This document shows, piece after piece, positions 51,342 through 63,190 of a stretch of DNA of 64,000 nt. A program made the translations under genes and the position numbers. The notes below the pieces were generated by a model that saw only the letters and a program-made list of their open reading frames with translations, was not told the DNA's origin and did not search any database. How positions within the stretch are numbered: position 1 is the stretch's first letter; every line of letters begins with the position of its first letter. This DNA is from Hyphochytrium catenoides. Taxonomy: Eukaryota; Protista; Hyphochytriomycota. The stretch is taken from NCBI GenBank assembly GCA_900088475.1, contig FLMG01000914.1, positions 21,399 through 85,398 of the forward strand, written 5' to 3'.

Positions 51342-52283
51342 TCAGCAATCAGCCGTGGCGCTGTTAAGATCTATCAATCCGAGACCATCATTGTCTCTAA
51401 TGTCATAATGAGGATCTGATGCTCCGATTCGCTTTGTCCAAAATCTGCAGCTTCCATCACTATGTTGACATCCTCCGGCTGCAACAGAGCATTTTGGTTT
51501 GATGTACAAAGACCTCGTATTGATGCCGCCGCTGGAAAATCTGAAGAGTTGCGACTGTCCTCCCGGTGTTTGCCCAGGCGGGTAGCAGTGTTGTCGGCCA
51601 AATCGAATGACCGATTGAAGGTCCGACCTATCGACATAACCAGGAAGACTATACTCATAGAATGGTAGTGGATACTCACAGAAGCCAATATCGTCACCAC
51701 AGATCACAATGACCGATGAGATGCGATCATTCCAATTGAGCGGAAGGTCACCCGGAGAGTCAGGGAAGAACTCCAGCGTTTGTCCCTTGAAATTTGATGT
51801 TTCAAAGGCCATCAATCGGCATCCTTCCCTCACCCAAACAGTTGAGATGGAGTCATCGACAAGAGATTCAGCGGGGATTTTCTTATTACGTGGCCGAAGA
51901 GGAGAGTTTGACCAGAATTTGGAGAAAAAGCTGTCAAGGGCACCGTATTGAAGTTCCGTTTGTGAATCGGAGAATCGTCCAAGCCTGGGAAGTGACAGCA
52001 CGTCTGATGTCTGGATGCACGTGTTCGGAGTAGAACCATAACCGTCCGCGAAAAGGCAGGCCGCGGCATTTGGAGGCCTTGTAAAGCTGAGTGTTTTCTC
52101 TTTCTTCTGGTGCCCTCGGAAGTTGCTGTGGTCGGTAGCATTACTACTCTTCCTGGCAATAGTGCTCGTAGCAGTACCACCCGCGACAGGCATCCCTTCC
52201 GTCCACACGCAGTAGAGATGTGGAACTGCGAACAGCCATCCAAGGCAAAGGTAGCGCATGAAATAACTACCTGCCATGAGCAT
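51342..52283 (-). CDS. Putative secreted beta/gamma-crystallin (Greek-key) domain protein, intronless
   Basis: Hydrophobic N-terminus; DDSISTVWVREGCRLMAFETSNFKGQ..NWNDRISSVIVIC has two N/D-N/D-x-I-S-S/T motifs and the F-x-x-x-N-F-x-G hairpin; Cys-rich C-terminal half. Confidence 0.72.
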   Translation of the reverse strand: MLMAGSYFMRYLCLGWLFAVPHLYCVWTEGMPVAGGTATSTIARKSSNATDHSNFRGHQKKEKTLSFTRPPNAAACLFADGYGSTPNTCIQTSDVLSLPRLGRFSDSQTELQYGALDSFFSKFWSNSPLRPRNKKIPAESLVDDSISTVWVREGCRLMAFETSNFKGQTLEFFPDSPGDLPLNWNDRISSVIVICGDDIGFCEYPLPFYEYSLPGYVDRSDLQSVIRFGRQHCYPPGQTPGGQSQLFRFSSGGINTRSLYIKPKCSVAAGGCQHSDGSCRFWTKRIGASDPHYDIRDNDGLGLIDLNSATADC

Positions 52284-55200
52284 AGAGCCGAGCCCAAGCA
52301 GCACAACAAAGTATAACGCAGGCCAATGGTCGCGCTTGCGGAGCGGTGGCGGCAGTGGTCAAGTTGGATGATTAACCTGCTGGTGGTAGTGGTAGATCGG
52401 TCCAGGAGCTGAGTAGCGGCAAACCTGCTACAAGAGGTCGTTGGTCGGAGATGCTTCAGCGGCTTGGCACCACTCTAGTTTGCTTGCTCTTGGAATGGAG
52501 ACTTGCAGAATGAAGCCCTGTTCCTATTATGCCCGGTGAGCAGAGGAGTTGGCTTTGATCCGCAGCTTACGATAGTAGTAGAACTACATAGTATCCCTAG
52601 CATCCAACCATTCGATCCGAGATGATGACACGGCCTCTTTGTTGTGCGGTATGCAAGCTGATGAGATGATCCAGGAGCGGAAGACCACTTTCGGAGGAGA
52701 CGGGCTAACATTTCTGATGATGAGCCCACGAAACGCGAGTCACTAAATTTGAAGAAACATAGACTTCCGGTAGTACTGCAGCTCTGTCGATAGTAGAAGT
52801 AAAGTAGGAGTAGTCCTATGATGAGCATCAGCAAGAGTTGTGCGTGCGGCGCTTGAAGAAGAGTGGACTGTGGCGATCATCACTCAGTATGGAAGGCCGT
52901 CTACTAAAGTTTAGGCTCATCATAACCCAAGTGCTAAAATTGAGCTCAAAGCTTTTGGTCAATAGCGTCTGCTGTCTGCTCGCGGTAGAAGGTAGAACGA
53001 CTGGTTCCTCGGTACTGGAATCACTAGGATACTCGTGTGCCAGCAATATTATCAGTGTTCTTAGTGCCACTCCCAGTGTTCGCGACAACAGAAAGCATGA
53101 TAATGAGAAAGAACTGTTCTGTTCGATGTGGAGAGACGTCATTGCCACCACGATGAACCTTTGCACTGCTCGACGAGGAGGACGACTACCGGTAGCTGGA
53201 AGGAGTAGAAGTCTGTCTCATTTTTTCTTGCTGCAGACTGTCTACTGATGTGATGAGAGAAGTGGAACAACTCTTTTTTGAGCCTCCAAAAAGTTGATTG
53301 ATTGTCTGGACACCTGCTTGACTACTAGTCAACAGGTTCAACAACCCGGGGTCTTAGCCAAGAAGGAGAGTCGATGGGTGTGCACAGGCGTCATTGACTG
53401 CAATATAATAAAACGTTCGGCTTGTTCTAGCTAGTGAAAGTCTCTTGCATTGCTGCTGTCTGTCTTCTGCGTTGGATTTATCAGATGGCACTCCGAACTG
53501 TCTCACAGGACAGCAAGCCGCACTACTGAAAGACTTGATTTCCTTTGTGCCCCTTCTCGTCGTAGAGTCTTTGCCTTTCCTTCTTCTTCATCTCTCTCTG
53601 CTTCGGTCCTGATGTGTTGCACTTGATATCCAGGGAAGTAGTTCAGCAGAAGTGATAGCAGCAGGTCTGGTACAATAGTTAGCGACTTCACTAAATTATT
53701 CAAGCAAGCAGAATTCTAGACAAGGCCTGGCTGGGCACTCGGCCGGTTGTTGATCAATTGATTCATTCATCATTCTGATATGGAGGACATACGCCTTCCT
53801 TCCCATCTTCTTCATCACGAGCTGCGCTAACGAGTGAGGAGCCGGTGCGGCCAAAAGCCAACACGTTTGGCAAACTTGGGCGTAGTCGGGTCCGACGCGC
53901 AGGACAGGAGGAGGACGGACGGACGGTGCTGAGCGTAAGCAACTACGAGCAGGCAGCTGGGCGGCTTGGGCTGGCGTGGTTGTTCGCAGTCCCTCTGCCG
54001 TGCTGCTAGACTAGCGTTACTACTGAGTTGTTGCTTCTACTCGCTGTCTTTTGTTTTTTGTTGGTTGTCTATGGGTGATTGGTTGCCGTGAAGAATGAGC
54101 TGCTGCTGCTGGTGCCGGGCACTCCATGTCTCTGTCTTCTTCTAGCTTCTGTCTCCTTCCAGGACTTTTGTTCTGTGGCTGCACAGAACTGTCTAGAGTT
54201 TCAAAAAAACGCTAATAGAGAACATCTGTATCGACGCAGAGGAGTTGGTCTCTTACTACTACTGTCAAGCAGAGTGACTAGCATACTACGGTTTTACCTA
54301 TGTAGAGAACAGAGAGCCGCTGTATGATTCAAGGGTTAGCCCTTTGCTCTACTTTCTCCTCGGCTGCTCCTCTGCCCTAGCTGACTGCGATTGAAGGCGT
54401 ACCCTTCCCCTCTTCTGCTGTCCCGGCGGGTTGATGTAAGGGCGTTCCTCTAATAAGAAGGCTCTAAGGCCTCGTCGCGGCCAGATACTCCTCGCTGTTC
54501 TTAGCCTGTGGATGCCGTCGGCGATCCTGGCTTATTATCAAAAGTCTTCTGTCGTCCGAAGATGAGTGGAGCTCTCCAGCATCTCGGCGGTCAACTCCTC
54601 CAACTTCTCCCGGCATCCAACAAGAAGCATGGAGGTGGCTTGGCGTCTCTCACTTCGTCGTTTCAGCACACAGCTCTTGACGTGTCATTGACGGACTCGC
54701 TGCGGTTGGAATCTCTTCTATATGCAAAAGTCCGAGCCGACTATCAGCGCCGTTGGTCGCTGAATACAACGTCAAACCACTGTGAGACTCCTCCCTGTCA
54801 GGCTGTAGGACTGCAGTTTGCACCCTAGTTCTGGGAACCATTTGGTGGGGCTATGCCTCGTATCCTCGACTGTGTGCAGCGGCTTGTGCCTTTGAAGCTC
54901 CCATGTGATCATCGCCCTTCTTCACTTCTTTCGGTCATGCTTCTCAGCAATAATAATGGTAAAGTGTCGTTGGCGAGCCATGAGAAGAATGCGCTTGGAC
55001 CCTTCTCTTGCTTGTCTGACTGGAGATCGAGGAGGATGAACTTGTTGTTGCCCATTCTTTCTTCTCTTTTTTCTCCTCCCTCTCCTCTATATTTTGCTGA
55101 CGAAATCAACTATGATGCTTCTTCCTTTGCTAATAAAATGGTGGACGAGGAGAGAGCGCACAACAAAAGACCAAGACGTTGTAGCTCAGAGAGAAAGAGC

Positions 55201-56056
55201 TAACGCGGAAGGGGCCAGCGAGAGAGAGGGAGAGAGAGAGAGAGAGAGAGAGAGACGCAGCCAGTGCGACAGCGAGGAGATGGGAGGAGACAAGCGCGAG
55301 AGTGCGAAGAAAGAATAGAATGGCATCTACGTAGGAAGGAAGACTTCTTATTGCTGTGCTATTATGTGAATGATGGAAGAAGAGTCGAGGCTATTAGATG
55401 GCGTGCAAGAGGGAAGAGAGAGCAGAACTAAAACGAGATAATACTGCTGATGGGACCAGGGTTTGAAGGTTTGAGGTTGAACGGCAAGGGATGCGGAGCT
55501 GTTGACAGGAAGAGGGAGGAGAGAGGCTCTTATTAGCGACCCTCCAAGAGAAAGATCTCCGTCACACATCATAATATAAGTGCTGCTTGACAAGCGGAAA
55601 AGAGCGCTCTCCTCTCAACGACTATGAACGGCAAATATGACGCACAGCAGAAATTGCTGTTCCAAGTAAGATTGCCTTCAGCTGAAGAAAGAAGAAGAAA
55701 GGCTATCCAACGGAAGAGAGGAGCAAGAGAGCGACAGGTCATGAGAGATACCGAGAGTAGCACACGTTCACACGTTGCTTCAGTGGGGAGCGACAGATAT
55801 TGAGGTTGCTGAGGGAGACTTCGGAAGACGAGCAAAAACCAAAAAGAAGACATGAGACTGCCGAATGGAAGAAGAGAGAGAAGAGGCTGTCGAAGGGAAC
55901 GAAGCGGATAGGAGAAAGAGGTAGCTAGAGGACTAGATGGAGGCAAAGGGCAAGGTTCTGCTGACAAACCCAGCGGTAGGAAAGGCGCCACCACTCGTCT
56001 AGACCATACAAAGCACGTTGACAGCGTTAAATACTTAATAAACTATGATGATGGGC

Positions 56057-58411
56057 TTAGAATACATCCTCTTCCTCCTCCTCCTCGGCCTGCTGGCCAT
56101 ACTGGCTCTTTATCACCTCCATCTCGCTCTGAATCTTCTCTAACCGCGCCAGATCCAGCCCTTCCACACCCATCTTCTGCAAGACAACGAGCAACTGAAC
56201 GACTTTCTCTCCAACAAACACTGTGGACGGCGCACGGAGACTCTTTCCTCTTGCCATCTTCCCAAATACTCGGAGCTCTTCCTCAGCCATTGCCATCGAG
56301 GCGTCAGCAAGGACTACAGCCGAATTGACAAGCTCTCTGCCCTTCTTCTCTAGCTCCTGTGGGATATTGAAGCGCCTCATTCTCTCTATGTCCACCTTAT
56401 ACTCCGCGCTCTTGAATATCTTATGGTTGGCTTTGTACGCCTCTTTTAGCAGCGCGATGTACTTGTCAACCACCTGCGGCTTGGTCAGCGCTGTGTCCTT
56501 GTACACAGTTGGCGCCGCTAAAATCTGCGCCATTCTGCTGTCTAGCTGGGTCATATAATGCTCCAGCACGGACATTGTCCATAGCTTCTGATAGCATCTT
56601 CCGGCAGCTTCTCTATCGGAGAGGGAGAAGTACATCTCCCCTGTCTCTTTGCTCTTCATCGTCAGCCGACTGGCCCACGTCTCCTCATAAGCATGTCCCA
56701 TTAGCAAGCCATAGCTCTCTAACCGTGGCAGCGCCTCTCGCACCAGCGCCAGAACCTCGTCTACCGAGCCAAACTCTGCCTCACAGACACGATAGGTGAG
56801 CTCTTTGATGGCCTCTCTATGCTGAACAATCTTTTGATTCTGTTCCTTTCTCGCTCTCCTCTCGAGCTGTTGCACGAGGGTCAGCCCTCCAACATCCTTC
56901 TGTGTCGTGTTGTCCACATCCGCAAACAGGCTCTCCACTTCCGCCTCCGTCTGAGCAAGCTCCAGCGCCATTGTATCTTCTAGTTGTGGAGACTCTGGCG
57001 AGGATCCGTCCCTGAGAGAAGCGGGGAAAGCAGGAGATGAACAGGATAGAGCTTGATGAGAAGTATGGAGAGAGCCTTGAGACCCCGCTCCGGCCATTGC
57101 CGTCAAGCTGACAGTACTTTGTCTCGAGATGACAGCTTGATGTTGCATCACCAGTGCATACAGGTGCTGCAGGACCTGCGCACTGTCTTGCTCTGTGACA
57201 GAAGGGCTAGGAGGAGAAGGGAGAGAGGCAGCAGCCGAGGTGTCGTTCGGAGAGACCTCGTCTGGGGTGTCTAAGTAAGAACAGTCCACGCCTTCCACTC
57301 TCATCTTCTGTTGCACCTGTTCCTTCGGCATTCCCATAGATAATAGCTTGAAATATTTGGAAAAAGCGGGGTCATCCTTCACGAGCATGGGAGCCGCCTC
57401 TGGCACTGCAGGAGGGAGAAGAGACCGTAGCAGATGAGAGCTCATGGCTGGGAGAGAGCGAGACGTTGAAGGAGACTCTGTCAAGCTTTGTCTGGTGGAT
57501 TGTCGATGAAGACTGCTCGTGCTGTGGCTCCTCTCCCACGTGGGTTCCCGAATAAGTTCACTGCCACGGCCCAGCCCTAGACCACGCATTGACGACTGTC
57601 GCACAGCCCTTTCTACCTCAGAACGAAGATTCTCAAGCTGCTGCTGAAGCTCTGTCACGCTCTGCATGTCAGAGAAGCTCTGCTGGCTCTGAAGGCGGCT
57701 ACTTTCCTCTGCAGCCTGGCTTGAGAGGTGCCCTTCTTTGAGTCGAGCGATCTCACATTCTATCTGCTGCATCTTGGATAACTGCACGGTCTCAATCTCT
57801 TCCATCTTCTTTCCTAAGTGCTGCAGTCTCTCCTTCTCTTTCTCAGTCAATACCGACACGCCTTTGTCATCCATGGGAGTGGCTAGAGGCACAGCCCGAG
57901 CACCGCTTCCCTTCATTGCCTTGGGCACCTCCGTGTCTATTGGCTCTGTTGTTATCGTTCCCTTCAGCTTCCTACCGCTCTTCTTCCTCTGCGGCCTCCC
58001 CGCTGGCGCCACTTCTTCCTCTTCCTCTTGTTCTTCATCACTAAGCCCCGGAGTATCAGTGTGATATTCATCATCCTCGCTGTCAGAGGCGCACTCATCC
58101 TGGTTCTTCTGCGAGAGAGCCATGCAGAGCGTTCGGTGCCGTTGGAAGTCCAGCCTCTGGCATGATCTACTGCAGTAAGACGTTACTAGGCAGATGGCGC
58201 ACTTGACGGCTTCTTCCGCTGGCTTATCCCCGCAGAACTGGCAGGCACCAGCCTCGTCCTCCTCTTCAATATCATCATCTCCTTGCTCCGGTGGAGAGAA
58301 GAAGGACGCTGAGTTGGGCCTGGCGATGAAGGAGCCGCCTTTGAGTCTCATCAGGAGCTCATCTTCGCTATCACTGTCACTGTCTGCATCCGTCCAGGCG
58401 GCTCCTGGCAT
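56057..58411 (-). CDS. 784-aa protein: MYND zinc finger, coiled coil, CCDC53/DUF2360-like motif, CHUP1-like C-terminal domain
   Basis: CQFC..KCAICLVTSYCSRSCQRLDFQRHRTLC (MYND); VKDDPAFSKYFKLLSMGMPKEQVQQKMRVEGVDCSYLDTPD (DUF2360-like); the helical C-terminus resembles the CHUP1 C-terminal region (see findings). The single long ORF is certain; the C-terminal domain call is less so. Confidence 0.85.
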   Translation of the reverse strand: MPGAAWTDADSDSDSEDELLMRLKGGSFIARPNSASFFSPPEQGDDDIEEEDEAGACQFCGDKPAEEAVKCAICLVTSYCSRSCQRLDFQRHRTLCMALSQKNQDECASDSEDDEYHTDTPGLSDEEQEEEEEVAPAGRPQRKKSGRKLKGTITTEPIDTEVPKAMKGSGARAVPLATPMDDKGVSVLTEKEKERLQHLGKKMEEIETVQLSKMQQIECEIARLKEGHLSSQAAEESSRLQSQQSFSDMQSVTELQQQLENLRSEVERAVRQSSMRGLGLGRGSELIREPTWERSHSTSSLHRQSTRQSLTESPSTSRSLPAMSSHLLRSLLPPAVPEAAPMLVKDDPAFSKYFKLLSMGMPKEQVQQKMRVEGVDCSYLDTPDEVSPNDTSAAASLPSPPSPSVTEQDSAQVLQHLYALVMQHQAVISRQSTVSLTAMAGAGSQGSLHTSHQALSCSSPAFPASLRDGSSPESPQLEDTMALELAQTEAEVESLFADVDNTTQKDVGGLTLVQQLERRARKEQNQKIVQHREAIKELTYRVCEAEFGSVDEVLALVREALPRLESYGLLMGHAYEETWASRLTMKSKETGEMYFSLSDREAAGRCYQKLWTMSVLEHYMTQLDSRMAQILAAPTVYKDTALTKPQVVDKYIALLKEAYKANHKIFKSAEYKVDIERMRRFNIPQELEKKGRELVNSAVVLADASMAMAEEELRVFGKMARGKSLRAPSTVFVGEKVVQLLVVLQKMGVEGLDLARLEKIQSEMEVIKSQYGQQAEEEEEEDVF

Positions 58412-59913
58412 CTTTCCTCTACTGTTCAGGTCTCAATGTACGCGCAGGTCTTCCGCTCGAGCGGGGCTGACGGCTCCTTCTGAGCGATGATTGTCAGCTC
58501 TGAACTGCCACTACTTAGCTCAAAAGGTTGAAAGACACATCCATCAGACACTCTACTTCTTGAAGACTGAGCTTTGGAGAAGGAGCAAGGCGCGCAAGCG
58601 GAAGCGGGCAGAGCCGCGGCTTCAGGCACAGAGTTGACGTGAGAAGCAGTGCGGAGAACAGGAGATGGCGGTGTCAGCCCAGTGGTAGGAAGAGAACAAA
58701 AGGCGATTCGGGTGTGAGAGTCTCAGAGACGCCAGGCAACAGACAAACATCTAGAAAAAACGGGTAGGAGATAGACCAGTCCCTCCTTTTGTTCTCCTGG
58801 TTCTTTGTCCTAATCTCTCTCTCTTTCCGCTTGGACTCCCTCTTCACGGCCCTCTCTTCTGTCAACCTCTCTTTCCTCTCGCTCTTCTTCGCTTCTATCG
58901 TCCGCTGTTCCCTTCCCTCTTTATTGTCTCTCTCTCTCTCCCCTCACAGTGGACTCTCTCTTTCTCTCTCTCTCTCTCTCTCNNNNNNNNNNNNNNNNNN
59001 NNNNNNNNNNNTCTCTCTCTCGCTGCCGCTGCGGTGACTCCCACCACTGGACCTCGCATCCTTTCTTGACGTCCGTTACCGGCCAGTGTAGCTCCCCCTT
59101 CACTTCCAGCAAGAACGGACCTTGTGAATTTACCTAAAGAATAACCGCCTCGCCCAGTTGACACATCCTATTCCCTTCAGCTAGGATATAATTAATAGAG
59201 CCCGGGTGTTTGTAGCTCTTTCTAACCTGATCCTACGCCGCATGGGGTTACCCCCAACAACTTCGCACCTCTCACCTGGACAAGGTAGGGTAAGGTCCCT
59301 TCTTGAAATTGGTGGGCGGGGAAACCTCCGCTGTCTCGTCCTCCCCTGCCATCTGGCGCCACCCCCCGTTGGGCTGGGCGATCAAAAACCATCTCACGGC
59401 CTCGCGCGCACCAGCCAATCAAACCCTCCGAATGGCGTCCGAAAATTTTTAGAACTAAGAAGTGTAGCATTATTGACATTTTGCCATATTGCCATAGCTC
59501 ACAATATGAGGCTGTTCGTATGTTGTTAGTGTTAAGTGGACCCGATAACGCTGTAAAATAACCTTGCTATGGACTGAATTGACAGCCAAGACTGTCAAGA
59601 TTTGGAATCTTGGCAAGTTTGTGTGGCTGTTGTTGTGGCGAAAGAAATTCTTGGACTCAGAGTCGCAGTGTCTACTGACGCTTGGGCCTGGGGACCTTCT
59701 GCGACACTAACTCTGCCCTATTCCTATTCCGAGTAGCACAGATATTTATAAGGAATAGTGACCACCATTACTCAGAGATAGACCGCCACCGTTTATCCTC
59801 AGTCTGGGGGTGGGTGGGACCAGGGTCCAAGATTCCATCAAAACTTTGAGGCGGCTGCCCTGTCTCCTCCTCTTTCTCTCTCTCTCTCTCTCNNNNNNNN
59901 NNNNNNNNNNNNN

Positions 59914-59949
<36 letters not shown>

Positions 59950-60284
59950 AATTCGCTCGGTTGATAATACTCGATAGTCTCTCTTCTAGCTCCTTCTCTC
60001 TCTCTCTCTCTTGTGCCTGTCTCTTGGAGAACAGGACCAAAAGCACAGAAATGGCTGGCTCCTGTCTCCACCTGGAAAACCAGACGCATAGATCTCTCTC
60101 TCTCTCTCTCTCTTTCTCTCTCACTCTCTCTCTTCTATAATCGCTCTCTCTCTCTGACTCTCTCCATCTTCACAACAGCTTTTCTGCTGTTCTGATTGAC
60201 CGTCCGATCCTCCCTTATGTTCCCTCTGTTTCCTCTCTCTTGTTTCTCTAACAGTTGATGTACAGTGCGGGGGCTGATGATGGC

Positions 60285-60329
<45 letters not shown>

Positions 60330-60331
<2 letters not shown>

Positions 60332-60784
60332 CGAATTTCTTTCTTCTGGCTTCCCGAGCCGCCTCATGTACCGCCGCTAATTCTTGAAGAGTCTCTCTTC
60401 TCCCTCCAACCATGTGGTGAGTCTTCTTCCTTTCCTATGTTTTCTCTCATTTTCCCTCCTCTGCAGCAGCTTCGTGCCTTCTTCCCTCCTTCTATGATGC
60501 AACAGCAGCTGACCTTCAAACTCTCTCTTCTCTCTCTCTCTTTTCTCTCTCTCTCTCTCATCTCCTCCTCTCTACCGTTTGCTTATGTTGGCCTCTCCTG
60601 TGGCTTCTTTCTTGGAACATCCAGGAGAACCTCCCTCCTGCCCTTTGCAGTCTCTCCTGACAAGAAGGCTGACCGATTGCTCAGCCATGACGTTATATAT
60701 CTTCTTGACCCTTCACTGCCTTTGATCTTATCGTCTGTGCACCCATCCCCTTGCCTCGTTTTCTTTTCTCTCTCTATTTGTCTC

Positions 60785-60816
<32 letters not shown>

Positions 60817-61041
60817 AATTTGTTCATTCTTCTTCCACAGGCTTGTGCCCTGATGGAAGAATAGAAGGAAGGTGTGTCTTCACTCTGTTTTCTTTTTTCC
60901 ATGTCGAGGCCTTTGCAGCGGCGACAAAGAAAAGAAGAACCTTGGCAGATAGAGGCAGAATGTACCTCCTCGGGGGCAGCTGTGAGGACCGCCATGGCAT
61001 AAGGTTCTAAACGATAGAAGAGAAAGCGGACGGACAGAAAG

Positions 61042-61075
<34 letters not shown>

Positions 61076-63190
61076 NNNNNNNNNNNNNNNNNNNNNNNNN
61101 NNNNNNNNNNNAGAGAGAGAGTAGATCTACAACGGAGGAGTAAGACTAGAGTTATAATAAAGATCCCACAGAAGAGCACCAAGCGATCTGGCCAAAATCT
61201 TCTCCTTATGATCCTGAAACAGAGCAAAAAAAAAGTATGGAAGAACATCGACGAGTCGCTCTTCTTCCGCTCCATGAAAGGCGAGCTTCCTATTCTATAA
61301 AAGGAAAGGGATTTGGTAGCACCTCAAGCTTGCTTCTTCAGCTTCATCCGCGGTCAGGGAACAGAGATCGATGTGCATAAAGGGGCGAGATGGCCAGAGG
61401 AGAGAGCGGAAGTATGTGCATATCCCCGATGATATATTAGAACTTCCTCCTTCTCCTTGGTCCTGCGCGGTGCATGTCATAGCGGGCTAAAGGACGCAGT
61501 GGATACTCGGACTGGATCTTTCCCTCTTCTCTGGGACAGGATCTTTCTCTTGTGTTTGTTATGTCTTCTTCCATCCTCTGCCAGGATCCAGAGCTGATGC
61601 ACCATCGATCACGGTCAACATCTTCGGTCTGAGGCCTTTGTCCCAATCCTCGCCCCCGCCCCTGTCATGATGGCCCAGGGTCGTAACTTTCGAATGCTCT
61701 TGTGCACCTGCTGAGACTCGCATCAACGATGATGCCTTCTCGCCTCTTCTCTTCTCATCATTGTCTCTTTCGAAACCTGGTGTGCAAAGTCATCAGCTCC
61801 TTTTTTTTTATCTTCTTCTCTGCGACGTTTGCCAGAGCCACTGGGTAACTCTAGTCTCTTGAAAGAGAATGGGCTGGAAAGGCTTACAAAAAAGCGCTAT
61901 CGGGCCCCCGTGTTGCATGTCAGCTTAGCTTTTCTTTCTCAGATTGTGGCCTTATTACTTCTTGCAGCGCGATCTTTATAAATTCCTTCTCTTCGAAAGC
62001 TCGGCGACTCTTGCCAACTGCCTCTCTGACGCTGCCCGCTCCTTTCCTTCTTTGTGAGTGCGGCTCTTAAGCTTCTTCTCCTCCAGTTCTCTAGGCCTGA
62101 ACAATGTTCATGACGAGCAGTGGAGGACCAAGCTTCTTTATCTATGAATATTTGTTGTCCACTCTATGTAAACGCATCGCTTTGACCCTCTGCCAAAGCT
62201 TTGTACAGGAAGGAGCATGTGTATCTTTTGACCGCTGGATCATTGGCTCTCCTCCTAGAGAAACTAAACAGGTGCACGGCACTCCGGACTCCTCATCATA
62301 AGTAAACGGCTCCATCCTCGGAGTCTCTCTTAATATAAAAGCTACTGCTCCTTTAGATGAAGAGACAAGACCAGCAGAAAGTTCATTGCGCAACAGGGGC
62401 GGCACCCTGGGGAGCGATGCTGTTACTATGAAGAAGATGCTGTTACTATGAAGAAGATAACTTTTGATAGTTCGTTGGAGCGTGTCTGTGAGCTGTCAGG
62501 AGTAATGTCTGTTAACTATCAAGCACAAGTGTCTCAAGAGCTTTTATTATAGCGGGCTCAGCCCATAGTCCTGAACCTCTTATGTCTTGTCTAGCTTCGC
62601 CGTTGATTCATAGCTAGCGCACTTCCTTCTTTCTACGCCCTTTCTCGTCACCGTGGTGCTATCAATGCCTGGCAATGCAAGCCCGAAGGCCGGGATGAAC
62701 CTCATCAATTGTGTCATCTTAGGAGTTGGAATGTCTTAGCTAGCTCTACTGAGATATCAGCGCTAGCCTTTCTCTTTCGTCTGCCGCCGTCAAACCATCA
62801 CGACTTAAAAAGTTTCTGGGGACGCGGAATGAAAGGATGACGAGCTCTCCTCTTGAGTCTTCGCCAGTATTAAAGGAGGAAACGGAGCTGCCTGGCAGGA
62901 GATTGAGCGGGGGAAATGCTGACTTCCATGATGCCACGGTCGCTTCCTCCTCCATAGAATTAGAGAGCGACTGACCTCATCTACATAGTAGATCTAGCGG
63001 TCGGTCTGTTGATAGAGGAGAACGGTTCCTTCCCTTGATTCCCCTTGTTTACGTTTTCTAATGCTCTCGCGGGAGGGATTGGGCATTCGATCGTCAGCTT
63101 AGCTGGTGGCGCCATCGTCGCCTGTCTCACAGCGAAGAAGACAGAAAAAGACTTACCTTGACGGTGCTGCTGAGTTGCTCTAGGCACCAT
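60330..63190 (-). other. Possible fragmented or decayed multi-exon hypothetical gene
   Basis: A series of short minus-strand coding-like segments with some splice-like boundaries, but stops interrupt every frame. No family recognised. Confidence 0.25.
62416..62458. repeat. Perfect 20-bp tandem duplication (gatgctgttactatgaagaa x2)
   Basis: Direct reading of the sequence. Confidence 0.9.

Noticed and set aside
52400-55200. Decayed ORFs suggesting a Crinkler or TE
   Set aside because: No LFLAK/HVLV or TE catalytic motif identifiable; stops in all frames.
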